Shown one piece after another: positions 1 to 12,949 of a DNA stretch of 64,000 nt. Positions within the stretch are counted from its first letter, which is position 1. Each line of letters opens with the position of its first letter. This stretch comes from Negaprion brevirostris. Lineage: Eukaryota. The notes under the pieces were generated by a model. That model was given only the letters and a program-made list of their open reading frames with translations, did not search any database and was not told where the DNA came from. A program made the translations under genes and the position numbers. The stretch lies in assembly GCA_030324005.1 (NCBI GenBank), contig JARDVH010000042.1:55218966-55282965 (forward strand), in the 5' to 3' direction.

Positions 1-100
1 TCATCATCTTATACGTCTCAATGAGATCTCCCCTCATTCTTCTAAACTCTAACGAGTACAAGCCTAGTTTATACAGCGTCTCCTCATAGCTCAACCTCCA
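1..100 (-). mobile_element. CR1 LINE fragment (ORF2 C-terminal region)
   Basis: Minus strand encodes YEETLYKLGLYSLEFRRMRGDLIETYKMM, a typical CR1 ORF2 motif. Confidence 0.8.
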
Positions 101-114
101 CAACTCCGGTGCCA

Positions 115-442
115 CAATGGTGGAGGAGTATAGAACCAGAGGTCACAGTCTAAGGATTCAGGGTAGACCATTTAGGATGATGATGAGGAGACATTTCTTT
201 ACCCAAAGAGTGATGAGCTTGTGGAATTCATTACCCACAGTAAGTAGTTGATGCTAAAACATTGAATGTATTCAAGAGGCGGCTGAATATAGCAACCAGG
301 GTGAATGGGATCAAAGGTTATGGAGAAAAAACAGGATTAGATTATTGAGTTGAATGATCAGCCACAATTGTAATAAATGGCGGAGCAGGCTTGAAGGGCC
401 AAATGGCCTCCTCCTGCTCCTGTCTTCTATGTTTCTATGTTT
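115..442 (+). mobile_element. CR1 LINE 3' end
   Basis: Encodes RTRGHSLRIQGRPFR..RRHFFTQRVMSLWNSL, then the 3' UTR ggcggagcaggcttgaagggccaaatggcctcctcctgctcct and a ttctatgtttctatg tail. Confidence 0.85.
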
Positions 443-1116
443 GTGAGTCTTTTCTTTGTTACAAGCTTGAATTTTGTTGTTAATACTATTTTTCACCATC
501 ACCATCACCTATCTCTACCCTTCTTCTGCCATCAATCTGTCTGTCACGTCCTGCCCAAGGGCAAGTCCTAATTTATGTGAGATCCTTACTTCACCAATTA
601 AGGAAGAGTAGTTAAGTTAGTTAGAGGTTACTTTCCTTTTAGATTTTATCTTCACCCTATCCTCCAGCACAGACATGGTGGCTGACTGGCCTTCTTTCCT
701 AAGTTAATTTATGTTTTGCCTGGGTGGGCTCCAACAAATGCTATCCAGCTCCAGTTACTCTCTACGGTGAGGGGGGAGGGACATCCACACTGGATGCTAA
801 TCCTATTCAGAATCAGCATTCCGCTGTCCAGCTCTATGCAGAGTGAAACCCAAAACTAATCTTTCTGTCTAGGATGCAGGAGCACTATCACAAAGTCAGT
901 GCTCAATCAATCCAGACAGAAGTACTCCAATGGATGTTAACTCAGTATTGAGGACAACATTCTAGTCATTATTCTTCAGAACTGCCTGGAATGGGGCATG
1001 AATCCTTTACCTTCTGACTTAGAGGCTAACACTACGTTGAGGGCTGACTCCTGTGGTATGAACGTTTTGCTATTTTCTCAGGCAAGGCAAATGATTAAAG
1101 ATGGATATCTTAGATT

Positions 1117-1348
1117 AAGTACAGTGTACAGTTCTGGGCAACTGTGTACAGTTCCGATCACCCTCTTATAGAAAGGATATTATTAAACTAGAAGGAGTGC
1201 AGAAAAAATTTACTAGGATGCTACCAGGACTTGATGGATCGAGTTACAAGGAGAGGCTGGATAGACTGGGTCTTTTTTCTCTGGAGTGTAGGAGGCTGAG
1301 GGGTGATCTTATAGAGGTCTATAAAATAATGAGGGGCACAGATCAGCG
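1117..1348 (+). mobile_element. CR1 LINE ORF2 fragment running into an N gap
   Basis: Encodes VQKKFTRMLPGLDGSSYKERLDRLGLFSLECRRLRGDLIEVYKIM. Confidence 0.85.
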
Positions 1349-1647
1349 NNNNNNNNNNNNNNNNNNNNNNNNNNNNNNNNNNNNNNNNNNNNNNNNNNNN
1401 NNNNNNNNNNNNNNNNNNNNNNNNNNNNNNNNNNNNNNNNNNNNNNNNNNNNNNNNNNNNNNNNNNNNNNNNNNNNNNNNNNNNNNNNNNNNNNNNNNNN
1501 NNNNNNNNNNNNNNNNNNNNNNNNNNNNNNNNNNNNNNNNNNNNNNNNNNNNNNNNNNNNNNNNNNNNNNNNNNNNNNNNNNNNNNNNNNNNNNNNNNNN
1601 NNNNNNNNNNNNNNNNNNNNNNNNNNNNNNNNNNNNNNNNNNNNNNN

Positions 1648-1725
1648 AGGTGAACGTAACCGAATTATGGTCACTATCCCCAAAATGCACACCAACATCC
1701 AAATCCAACACCTGATCTGGCTCAG
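1648..1725 (-). mobile_element. CR1 endonuclease-domain fragment
   Basis: Encodes QVLDLDVGVHFGDSDHNSVTF, containing the APE SDH motif. Confidence 0.7.
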
Positions 1726-2150
1726 GACAAGCTGGGCCAAAGGATTCCAAATCTTACACAAAAAATTTGAAAAACGTTACTTCAAAGGTATTTATAAGAT
1801 CAACAAAATACTCTATACTATTTTAGGTAATTTCTTGTTTTCATTTTCTTTTATCTGGCATTCATTTGGCAAGAAGGGAAAAATCTATATTTAATGGATA
1901 TGAAAAGCTCTGATTAAAAGAAATGCCGAGGAAATATACAAAGCACAAAATTCCTGGCTTCACTGTCAAGATCTACAAAGAAAAAGTTCAGAATCACTCA
2001 GTACTGTTCATCATTCCAATGATGCTCCCCTGAGGCACATTGGCCATTATCCACTTGAAAAATAATCAATTTTAATGATGATTACTTGCCATTTAAAGGA
2101 GTAATTATAATTATAGGTCAGCGTAACTCCCTTTCTCCCTAAGGGCATAC

Positions 2151-2444
2151 CTGGAGCAGGTGGTGTATGGAAAGCAACCTCTTTGCTGTAGTCACTGTAG
2201 GTAGAATTCTTGCAACCCTTCACTCTGAAGAGGTAGTTAGTATTGGTATCAAGATTGAAGATGACTTTACTTGTGCCGCACACATCCTCAATGAGCTCCC
2301 ACTCACATTCTCCACCTTGGTCAAGTCTCCTGTATTCAAGCTTGTAGTGGTCAACGGGAGGATTTCCATTGGGCTGCTGCCAACAGATGATGCCCTTATC
2401 ATATATGCGGCTTTGCTTCTGGTCGATAACTGGTGCATCTGGGA
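2151..2444 (-). CDS. TRIM36: TRIM36-like exon: fibronectin type III domain, 294 bp, phase 1-1
   Basis: Acceptor attccag|TC CCA GAT, donor GCT CCA G|gtatgc. Encodes (V)PDAPVIDQKQSRIYDKGIICWQQP...YKLEYRR...YLFRVKGCKNSTYSDYSKEVAFHTPPAP. Confidence 0.95.
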
Positions 2445-4601
2445 CTGGAATATTAGCCACATCTCAGTATTGCAAACATATACAGTTCCAACAAATCAAT
2501 AATAAAGCCCCCATTCTTAATAATAGTTTCCAAGTAGACACTTCCGTAGGCAAGCAGCTAAGTAGCTCCATGTATTGAATGATGATTAAAGGTTCTCAGA
2601 GCATTTCTATCTTAGAGTGCATCAGCAACTAGTATGACTGGTTTCATAAACTGGAAAAATAACCCTTAAAAGTGGCAAGATCTGAAATCAGAATTAAATA
2701 AAAGATTAACGGAAAATTCAGTTAAAGGCAACTGTTGTTAGGGAACAGATATCAGTATTCAGCAAGCGTAGCAGAAATTTGCTGCCTCAGGTTAACAAGC
2801 GGAAGACAACAGGCTGCTTTCAGTTCCTCCCAGTGGGTACATTTACTGTGTGGTGTAATGTTGATCTGTTCAGCTCTGATTCTGCTGAGCTGCCTGGTCT
2901 CAGACACAGTGATAGGACAGAGGTCAGATAAGAAGAAAAGTCTCACATTGATCACTATCTAGTGAATCTTGCAAGGAGCATATGCATCTGTCAACAGGAA
3001 GTGACTGGTGGTGTGTTAAAGATCACTCAAGCAGTCCAGGTTTCTGTGGCAACATGTAATTTTATGTGAATGCTATAGTCTGAAACTATGGATGGCTTTT
3101 TGCAAATTTGTTCACAGGATCTGGGCGTTGCTGGCTGAGCCAGCATTTATTGTCCATCCTTAATTGCCTGAAAACTGAGGGGGCAATTTTCAGCCCATTC
3201 CTGCCATCCATGAGAATGCGGGTGGGGGCTCAAGATCCGGAAGTTGTGGATGTTGCTGACGCGATCACAATCTCAGATCTCACCCCCACCTTCCCCCCCA
3301 CCCCCCACCCCATAACAGGTGTGAAATTTACATTCATTCAAATATATTTTAATATGATTAACATGCTCCCCTCACCATATATTGACACCCCTCCCCCATA
3401 TTTTCATCATGTCACATTGGCACAGAGAGGTTGGCACTATGCCCATGTGTCTCACAGGTACTGGAAGCAAATGAAATAGTGTGAGAGGGAGGCTTCATTC
3501 ACATGGCTTTGACCATCCACATCACAAGACAATGTCTCCAAACGCAGGCATGTATGAACTGGAGGAACACTAATTTCTGGCCCTCGAGGGTGTCCTTTCC
3601 CTGAAAAGGTTGGGAGGCATAAATATTTAGATGGAGGCCAGAAGAAGGACTTAATACTGGCCTGCTGGCTTTGAGATGGCAGAAAACCTGCAAAGAACTT
3701 GCTCACTGAATGTAGCACTTTAATACAGTCACACATCCACTGAGGTGTTGAAGATGTAGACAACTCGCCTCAGCAATGGATCTCATCCAGATGCAGAGAG
3801 GGAGAGCCCATTGCAGATCACACATGAGGAGCAAGGACCTGAGCAGCAAGGGGCAGTGCCACCTCTAGAAGGTAAGAGGTTGGCGAGCATTGACCAAACC
3901 ANNNNNNNNNNATGGGTGTATCACCAGCGGTGCTCTTATCTAGAGATGAGTAACAGGCAATGTTCATGTGTCCCAGGCTGTGGTTGCTCACATTAGCCAG
4001 ATTCTCCAGTATAAGTTGTGGTCACAAGGAATCTGGAGCAGTAGTGTGGAACTACTGGTCTGCATTGAGTCAATATCTGCCTGGGTGCTTTTTAAATATT
4101 GAGTCATGAGCTTTGACCCCTAGAGGTGACAGCAGGGCTGGATGGGTAACATCCTGCCAGTCCCGCCAAGGGATTTGCCATGCTATTCGCCGATGCATAA
4201 TCAATGAGCTGAACAATGTGTTCTGTCATCCCCAACCAGCTGGAATCATGCTTCCTTTCCCACCAGCCACCAAACTTCATCTCTGGGTTGGAAAATTCTG
4301 CTTTAGTGTACAGAAAATTCCTCCCAATGCTCAGTGTAAAAGTCCACAGAAATTCCACAGGCATATATCAGAATAATGAATAGTGAACTCCATTCATTCA
4401 TCCCTGTCCACAAAATCTGGCTATCACAGTGACATCTAAATTGATCTTACATCCTAATGATCTTGTTTTCTTTACAGCTGAAGTCTTACTGAACCATCGT
4501 ATAAACGAGTTTATGTTGTATAATATAATGTTCGATCTGTTTACATTTGTAAAGAAGATTCAAATCTAGCTTCTTCCTTACATAGTGCATGATGTAAGGA
4601 A

Positions 4602-4887
4602 GGCACAGGGGCACAGTGGTTAGCGTTGCTGCCTCACAGCATCAGGAACCTAGGATCAATTCAGCTTGGGTCATTGTCTGTATGGAGATTGCACATTCTC
4701 CCCATGTCAGTATGGGTTTCCTCCAGGTGTACCAGTTTCCTCCCACAGTCCAAAGATGCGTAAATTAGGTGGATTGACCATGTTAAATTGCCCCTTATCT
4801 CAGTGGAACTAGCAAGATAAATATGTGGGCTTACAGGGATGGGTCCTGGGTGGGATTGTTGTCAGTGCAGACTCGATGGGCCAAATA
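4602..4887 (+). mobile_element. HE1-type tRNA-derived V-SINE (CR1-type tail, truncated)
   Basis: Head gcacagtggttagcgttgctgcctcacagc, central tgcacattctcccc..gggtttcctcc..tttcctcccacagtccaaagatg, 3' gtcagtgcagactcgatgggcc. Confidence 0.85.
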
Positions 4888-5249
4888 ATTCTAGTGGCCC
4901 AGTGCTTGTCCATTTCTTGGGTAGATATTAAATAGCAGCAAAATTACCAATACAACAACATCAGACTAATTGTAGGAATGGTGCCACAGTCTTGCAGCCT
5001 TTCCCAGGCAACCTTGATTCTTGGAAAAATCCCCAGGAACAACTTGTTTCAAAAACACAGTTGCATTTGCTCAGGAAGGGGATAGGGTGCAGTTTGTGCT
5101 ATTTCCAGAGGTTGCATTACCCAGCATATTAACTATTCCATTGCAGTTTATTGATTTGCTAAACAGAGTTACTATTGCAATTCCACAGCCTTTGCAGTAA
5201 AAGAAGGAATTTGCACTTAAGTTATCCCTTTCCTGACTTTAAAACATTC

Positions 5250-6600
5250 CAAACAACAACAACTTATATTTATATAGTGCGTTTAACCTAATAAAACATC
5301 TTAAGGCACAGGGGCCTTTATAAAACAAAATATGACATTGAGCCACCTAAGGAGCTAATAGATCAGATGACCGAAAGGTTGATTGAAAAGTTTTAAGGAA
5401 TGTCCTCAAGGAGAAAAGGAAGGTAGTGAGGCAGAGAGGGGTAGGAAAGGAATTCCAGATCTGAGGGCCTACGCAACTAAAAACATAGCCACCAATAATG
5501 GAGTGATTAAAATCAGGGATGCATAAGACGCCAGAATTAGATGAGTGCAGATACCTTGGAGGTTTGTGGGGCCTTAGGAGGTTCCAAAGATAGNNNNNNN
5601 NNNNNNNNNNNNNNNNNNNNNNNNNNNNNNNNNNNNNNNNNNNNNNNNNNNNNNNNNNNNNNNNNNNNNNNNNNNNNNNNNNNNNNNNNNNNNTGAATGG
5701 CGGGGCAGGCTCGAGGGGCTAGATGGCCTACTCCTGCTCCTATTTCTTATGTTCTTATGTTCTTACATGGAGGGATTTGAAAAAAGGGATAAGAATTTTG
5801 AAATCAAGATGCTACTTGCCCAGGGGCCAGTGTGGGTCAGCCTGCAAATGGATAATAGGGGAACAAGAGTCAAGATATGGACAATAGAATTTTGGATGAC
5901 TTCAAATTTAGAGGATAGAATGTGGGAGCCCTGCCAGGGATAGCCAAGTAAAGAGGTAACAAAGCAACGAATAAGATTTTCAGCAGCAGATGAACTGAGA
6001 CAGTGACAAAGTCAAGTGATAGTATGGAGGTCAAAATAAGCAGTCTTCACGATGGTGTGCATATGTTGTTGGAACTTCAACTTAGGGTCAAGTATAACAC
6101 AAAACAGATTAGCTTAATCTCAGAGTGTTGCTGGGGAGAAAGAGATGGAGTTGGGAGCAAGGGAACAGGACTTGGGGTTGGAACTGTAAACAATAGCTTC
6201 AGACTTCTTAATATTTAACTGAAGGAAATTTCTGCTTATCCAGTACCGGATGTTGGATAAGCAGTCTAATAATTAGTAATGGTGGAGGAGTTGAGGGAGG
6301 TGGTGGTGACATGGTGCCAGATGTCATCAGTGTACATGAGGAAACTAATGTTGTGCTTTTGGATAATGTATCTGAATGGTAGAATGTAGATTAAAAAAAT
6401 TGACAAATATCAAGGAAAGATCCGTGGGGACACCAGAGATAATGGTGCAGGTGTAGGAAAAAAAGCCATTGGAAGTATTACTCTGCCTATGATTAGATTA
6501 GTAAGGATGGAGCTAGATGAGAGCAGACCCACCCAACTGAACGGTGGTGAAAAAATGTTGCGGGAGAACAGTGTGCCCAATCTTTTCACAGTCACATAGA
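5250..6600 (-). mobile_element. Decayed L2 LINE 3' portion, interrupted by an N gap and a plus-strand CR1 tail (5694-5765)
   Basis: Minus strand IIQKHNISFLMYTDD (YADD-like) near 6320-6365; L2-type 3' end with ttg repeats near 5250. Confidence 0.65.
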
Positions 6601-6659
6601 ATGTCATCTGTAACATTGATATGGACAGTAGTAAAGCCAAATGACACACGTTATAACTG

Positions 6660-6810
6660 CAGTCTCTGCTATAATGCAGGAAAGACAGCAGCCATTTGTG
6701 GGAGCACAGCAAGCTCCCACAAACAATAATAATAAAATAATGACCTGACAATAACTCGATAATGACTGCTTTGGTGATGTTAGTTGAGGGATAAATATTG
6801 GCTGGTACCT
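6660..6810 (-). mobile_element. Deu-domain SINE fragment (SacSINE1/AmnSINE1-like)
   Basis: Reverse complement of aatatttatccctcaac...tttgtgggagcttgctgtg...aaatggctgctg, shared with the copies at 33810 and 53860. Confidence 0.65.
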
Positions 6811-7459
6811 CAACGTTCTCACAGCGATGATTCATTTGCTTATATTTCATTCCATGTTTCAATGACATAAATGAACAAATAAGTAGAAAACCTAGCACAT
6901 CACTTATGTGAAGCAGTCACACTCTGAAGTTATATTTTTGCAACAAAAAATAATAATGCAGCACTTGAATGTCAATTAAATCATGAGAAAAATCAATATC
7001 TATTACTGGGTTTTTAGTGGATCCTGAAACATTCAAAATGTTACAGCATTAATATTTTGAAAAATGATTGTTACTCAATCAATAATGCCATATATATTGC
7101 CATTTAAATGCTGAATTCCAGTTCCAAAAGGCCCAAGAGTATCTAAACAACATCCTGCCTCAGCAAAGACCATTTCCATGGAGACTGATTCCTGCTAAAA
7201 GCCTCATAAATCATCATTCTTAATGCAGTTATTGATCTATTATAAATCACTGAAAGCAGCCATTAGGCTAACTGCAGACTGCTGGAGTCTTTGTCAAAGT
7301 TAGCACAGCGAACAAGGATTTGTTTTTTTTCCCTCCACCAATGCCAGGTGTCTCCTGGACAAGACAGTCAGTGGGATGTGGCAGCCTTCAGAGAGGGACA
7401 AGAGATGTCAACTTGGAGCCAAGTTTCAGTCATAGCCTTTCAGGCCCTCCTTAGAATTC

Positions 7460-8600
7460 CACTGTCTTTCAGATGAGACATTAATCCTAGATCAGACTGA
7501 TGCCCACAGGTGGACATAAAAGATCCCAAAGTAGTATATCAAAAAGGAGCAAGGAATTATCCTTGATTTCCGAGCCCTCAGTTAACATTACAAAAACTGA
7601 TTATCTGGCTATCATCACAATGCTCTTTGTGAGACCTTGCTAGGCCTACACTTCAAATGACAGGGGACCTTTCCTGTCCCTCTACCCAATGAGTTGGCAG
7701 AGAATGCATCTCCTCATTCCTTTAATGCCAAATGGAATGTGAATTGCCTGGAGGCGGGACCCCTGTCCCATCCCTCACTCAGGCAGAAGTCATGTATCAG
7801 AGAGCTGTTAGACACTGAGATTGGCCAGTAGCTCCCCTGTCCCAGCAACTCTAATGGCTGTCATGGCCAAGACTGGGATTCCAAGCAGTCCCAAAATTCA
7901 AAGTCCTTAACGTCGATGACCAGATAAATATGGGAGGTCTCACAGTGCANNNNNNNNNNNNNNNNNNNNNNNNNNNNNNNNNNNNNNNNNNNNNNNNNNN
8001 NNNNNNNNNNNNNNNNNNNNNNNNNNNNNNNNNNNNNNNNNNNNNNNNNCATGATCTTATTGAATGGCGGGGCAGGCTCAAGGGGCTAGATGGCCTACTC
8101 CTGCTCCTATTTCTTATGTTCTTAAGTGAGATCTGGGAAAGGTGGGGAGGGTTTGATGGAGAGGCCAGGAATGGGGGTGCATCTGTGGAGGACAAATTTT
8201 GGAGAGGGGGTGCCCAGAATGAAAAGGGAGCCCTTGGAAGAGGTGTTCCCCTGCATTCTCCCTAAGACCCGCTGGACTTCCTCCTGCCCATGAACTCTTC
8301 CCAACAGCCTCAAAATTGAGGCCAGATGGGAAACAACCCTTAAGTGGCCACCAATTAGAATGAAAATGGGTGAGCTGCCTTAGGCATCTCTCACCCCTGT
8401 TAAATTGTAAATAGGTTGATATAGGCTCTAGGATGGCAGGAAAGTCACCTGGGGATTTTTACAGCGCCCCTGCCTATAGACCTGCCAGCAGGAGGCAACA
8501 AAATTCTGCCCCAAGAGTACTTCACAAGCGGCAAAGCACTATGGGACATCCTGAAGTCATGAAAGATACTTTCTGAATGCAAGGATTCCTTTGTTTCTTT
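7460..8600 (+). mobile_element. Deu-domain SINE split by an insertion of about 850 bp (about 7657-8512, Harbinger-like non-autonomous element containing a CR1 tail at 8050-8125)
   Basis: SINE reads gtctttcagatgagacattaa..caggtggacataaaagatccc..ctacacttcaaa and resumes at 8513 with aagagtacttca..gggacatcctgaagtcatgaaag; the insert ends aaattctgcccc. Confidence 0.65.
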
Positions 8601-9845
8601 TATGATTTTGGTCACCACTTGTAAATTTATTGTTAAGGGAGACCAATTGTTTGACGTTCAAAAAAAAAGTTCACACATGCACTTCCTGTCAACATTTTTC
8701 ATCTTAACTTTGTATTTCCACATTTATAACTGAGATTGTCAATGTCAACTTATAGACCATTAGGACCATTCACTCAGAAGCAGTTAGGAAAAATTTGTGA
8801 TCCATTATAAATGTCTGTAGAATCTGTAATTATTTTTAAGAATGTTTGAAAAGGACTTTTAAGAGTTTGTATCACCTGAAAATGGATCAATTATAACTTC
8901 CTTTTCTCGTAATAAATATGGGTCTTTTTGACCTGAAGGCAATACCAACAGGAAGTTCAGCTAAGGAAGTTGTGTGGCTGGTGGACACAAAGGAGTGCAA
9001 GAAGATGAAGGCGACAGCACATAGATGCAGACACAACTGCAGATAAAACCAGAATGAGGAAGACACAGAAGTTTTGTGTGGCGAAGATGCTGATCTTTGT
9101 CATCAGATAGGACTCCCAACCTACCCTGCATGAATAAAGAACTGCATATTGTGGAACTGTGTAACCACATTGTGCCACTTGTCTGTGGGCCGACCTAGGT
9201 GCTTGGCGTTGTGTAGGATGACTATTTAAAGTGAAATTTACTTTTTTATTTGAAGTATCATTTGCCTGTAATTCACAGTCAATTTACATTGATTTTTGAT
9301 TTGTGTCAAAATTAAAGATATAAAAAGTGAAAATTTTGGTAATTTCTTATTTGGAGGTCATTCAGTAACTGATAATCTTGGTTTATTGTTTCTCCGTGAG
9401 GATGGGAACACACTGCAATTGCATTCGCTGTCTTGTGGTGGCACTACATCACTATTGCTGGTAGGAGGGTGTAACTACAGCATGGCAAGTGGGGCATCAA
9501 CAATTTCCTTTATTAACATGAACATAAGAACGTAGAATGGAAATATAAAACATTTATCCCCCAGTGTGTGGAACAAGCGATTGGATAGTTTCTTATAAAT
9601 CTATTATATGCAGATACAAAGACACTTTGTGATCACATTACTGTGTATGGAAATGAAACAACTGAGGGTGTGGATTGAAATGACAAAACTTCATTCTCAA
9701 TAATCCACACACAGTAATTCCATATGCCTGAGTGTGGTATCAGAGGATGAACTAGAAAACAGAGAGAAAAGCTGTGGATAAAAGGATCATTTCTCTGGTA
9801 GGGCATGGGGAGGCGGGAGTGGGCAATCCGGATCTGGAACATTAT

Positions 9846-10581
9846 GGGGACGATTTTGAGTCTGCATTCTTCTTTCATGGGAATAGTGGCACTGGTCAAA
9901 ATCTAGAGAGACTCAGAAAGCACGATTCGCGCCGGTGAGTTTCCAAATTCCAAACTTCCAGCCACCTCGCTGGCGGTGTAGCGTGAAACATGCCACGGGG
10001 GGAGAGGAATATGGCTAGGCAATGGTCTGGCAATGTCCTGTGGCACTGCCCCATGCCAATGTGGCAGTGCCAATCTGCACTAGAGGTTGGTCGCCAGCGG
10101 GAGTCTCAGGGGAAGGGGATTCAGATTTGGTTGTGGGTTGGCAGCAGGTGGAGGAGCAGGGGATTCTGGCAATGGCCACTGAGGGCAGGGAGGGGGGTAG
10201 GGAATGGGCCAATGATCGGGGTGAAGGAGCCTATGATCATGGGAGGAGAGGGAAGGGTTGAGGAGAGAAGTGCCGACTCCAATCAGGGCTGGGGAGGGGA
10301 GCCCCTGAGGCCTCCATGGTGGGCTAGGGGAGAGGTTTATTTCTGTTATGATCGTGGCATTCTTTAAAGATGACGCCCTGATCTCACTGCAGCCAGGTTT
10401 TGCCAGCATGCTGAGGCCACACCCTCCTCCCCCGCATGATGGCATGAAACACACCCCCTTGATTTTTTTTAGACTGAATGCGTAAGATCTGGCGAGAAAA
10501 CCAGCCTACTTCTCTTAAGAGAAATATGTCAGTTTTCTCACCAGAAACAACACTCTGTCATTTTTTGGTAAGTTTCCCCCC
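9846..10581. mobile_element. Non-autonomous DNA transposon (Harbinger/PIF-like MITE)
   Basis: GC-rich block beginning ggggacgatttt and ending aagtttcccccc (imperfect terminal inverted repeats). Confidence 0.5.
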
Positions 10582-12782
10582 AAAGTGCCCAAGGTACACT
10601 GGTCTGTGGGCTTCCTTTGGGTTCCATTTATAGAAAGAATTTGGACATTGACACAAAACTACAGGATTTCAGTTTCCTGACAATACCAAAATGTGGCATC
10701 CCAAACATGGGACAAAAATGCAGGAATTGAAGTCCACACACAGGTTAGTCGAACAAGCAAACAGATAGCAGATTCACTGCTCTGTGAAAGGTACATTTTG
10801 GAAGATAAACTAGTGAAAGAAAGTATAACCCACTGAGGACAACTCTCAAAGTGCATCACACAAGAGATTGCTGACATGATATGCATTTTAAAAACTGACT
10901 TGCTGATACTTACATTGATGTGCTTATTAAATTATCTAGAAAGATGGTAAAGTAACATTTAAATTATCTTTCTCCCTGCTTTTTTTACATATTAAGCCTC
11001 AGTGAATCATCATGCAAATGAGTTTATGGTGGATATTATAATGTGTGATCATCATATTTTAAATAATGCTATTTTGCTTTAATTAAAATCTGTAAGCAAA
11101 AAAAAAGCATTTTTAAAAATGGCAGCTTTTGGTCAACATCATCTGATATTAATCAGGAAAGTGCAGTCCCAAGGCAGAACCAGACAAGAGTGGAATAAGC
11201 CCTTAGTGCTCATAATGTTCATTACAAAACTCTACTGTTTGTATTCTATCCCATACCAACTCACATTAACATATTAACCCTGACCTACATTTTGATCTAC
11301 ATTGGCTTCCAGACAGTTAAAACCTTATATTTAAAGTTCTTACCCTCATCTGTTTGAATCATTTTAACCTTGCCCTTTCCATCTTCTCCAGCCCTTATAA
11401 CAGCCCTGAACTCTCCATTCCTCTGGCCACCCGTACATCCTCCCTAGCAATTTTTCCCATTCCTTCAGCCTGGGCTTGACATGAGTGAATTCCCCCCCCC
11501 CCCTCCCTAAACCTCTCTGCCTTTAAAATGTACCTCTTTCACCAAACCTTTGGTCAGCCCTCACAAGATCCCATTCTGTAGCTCAGCATCCATTTATTGA
11601 TTACTCCGCCTCAGTAAAGTATCTTGGACACTTCTTCAGAGAAATAAAAATTGTCATTAAAGCAAAGGGATAATTCTGAAATCTGCTTTTCCAAGGAGTT
11701 AGGTTGTGTGCTGGATATGCAGCATCATTAATGTTGCACCCATCTTGAAATGCAGATGGACAAATGAAATTGTCCAACCACAGTAGCCCATCACCAAGAC
11801 TCATTTTTGGATGACCATGCATTGGAAACTCATTTACCTGAGGACCAATGATTCCCACGTTACAATCTTGGTGGATGATTCTCTACACGTTTGAAAAGTT
11901 GAACCTTTCATCTGTTATAAATCTATCCAAAGGCTGGGGGAGGGGAGAAAGTTAAATAAAATATAGACTCCATGGAAATAATTTAAAACCTGAAATCTGT
12001 TTTCAACTAGAAAACTCTCTAGGGACTGGAACAAAAACCACTTGTTTACGTTGTTTGCACAAGCCATTCACCCTCGAGACTCGAAGCTACAAATTCCTCA
12101 TAATTACTCCACAATCAAAATTTTAGGTCAGGCATTGGAGGGAGGGACTGCTGATGGCAAACTGTCAGCGTTCTCTGTCATTATCCCTCTGGAACTGATC
12201 ACAACCTCAGGACGTGAGGCATATACAGATTAGCAGGGAAATCTTGTCACTCAATACTCAGACACAGGCTGTGCTGCTGCGTGCTTATTCCAGATGCAGC
12301 AATCATTGAAATCAGCGAGAACATTAACTTTCTTCACTGCCATGCAGATCTCCTTAAAAGTTCACCTTGTTCAATTACGTAGAACTGGATTTTTAAAGGT
12401 AAAGCGTTCAATAATATTTGATGAAAAACAGAATTTTCCCAAAAAATAATTTTGCAATATTCCAAACTAATTTGCTCCAGATAAAAATGAATAAAAGGTG
12501 ATTTTATTTCAATACAGTTTATTTCCTGTTTGTGCATTTGTGAAAATCACCTGACATGGAACTGTCGCAGCCAGAGTGCCCATCNNNNNNNNNNNNNNNN
12601 NNNNNNNNNNNNNNNNNNNNNNNNNNNNNNNNNNNNNNNNNNNNNNNNNNNNNNNNNNNNNNNNNNNNNNNNNNNNNNNNNNNNTAAAGTTATTAATAAA
12701 TAATTAATGATTTTTCACACACACGCACAATCCAGGTGTCTTTTTAGTAAGCAATATTAAATCAGGTTAGCTTTTTAATCCA

Positions 12783-12920
12783 GCTTTTGACGGAGGGTCA
12801 ACTGGACTCGAAACATTAGCTCTTTTCGTGCCTTGCCAATGCTGCCAGACCTGCTGAGATTTTCCAGCATTTTCTCTTTTGATTTCAGAGTCCAGCATCC
12901 GCTGTAATTTGCTTTTGTCT
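12783..12920 (+). mobile_element. Penelope-like terminal repeat fragment with degenerate hammerhead motif
   Basis: agct-tttgacgg-agggtc-aactg-gactc-gaaacatt-agct followed by gctgccagacctgctgagatttccagcatttt; same family as 23215-23455 and 32050-32150. Confidence 0.65.
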
Positions 12921-12949
12921 AGCTTTTTAACCTAATTGCTTATGGTCTG

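Noticed and set aside
1-2150. Search for downstream B30.2/SPRY exons
   Set aside because: Only CR1 fragments, a gap and non-coding sequence were seen; the exons probably lie left of the window.
12783-12822. Hammerhead-like motif as an active ribozyme
   Set aside because: The core reads TTGACGG instead of CTGANGA and helix III is disrupted; retained only as a decayed repeat.
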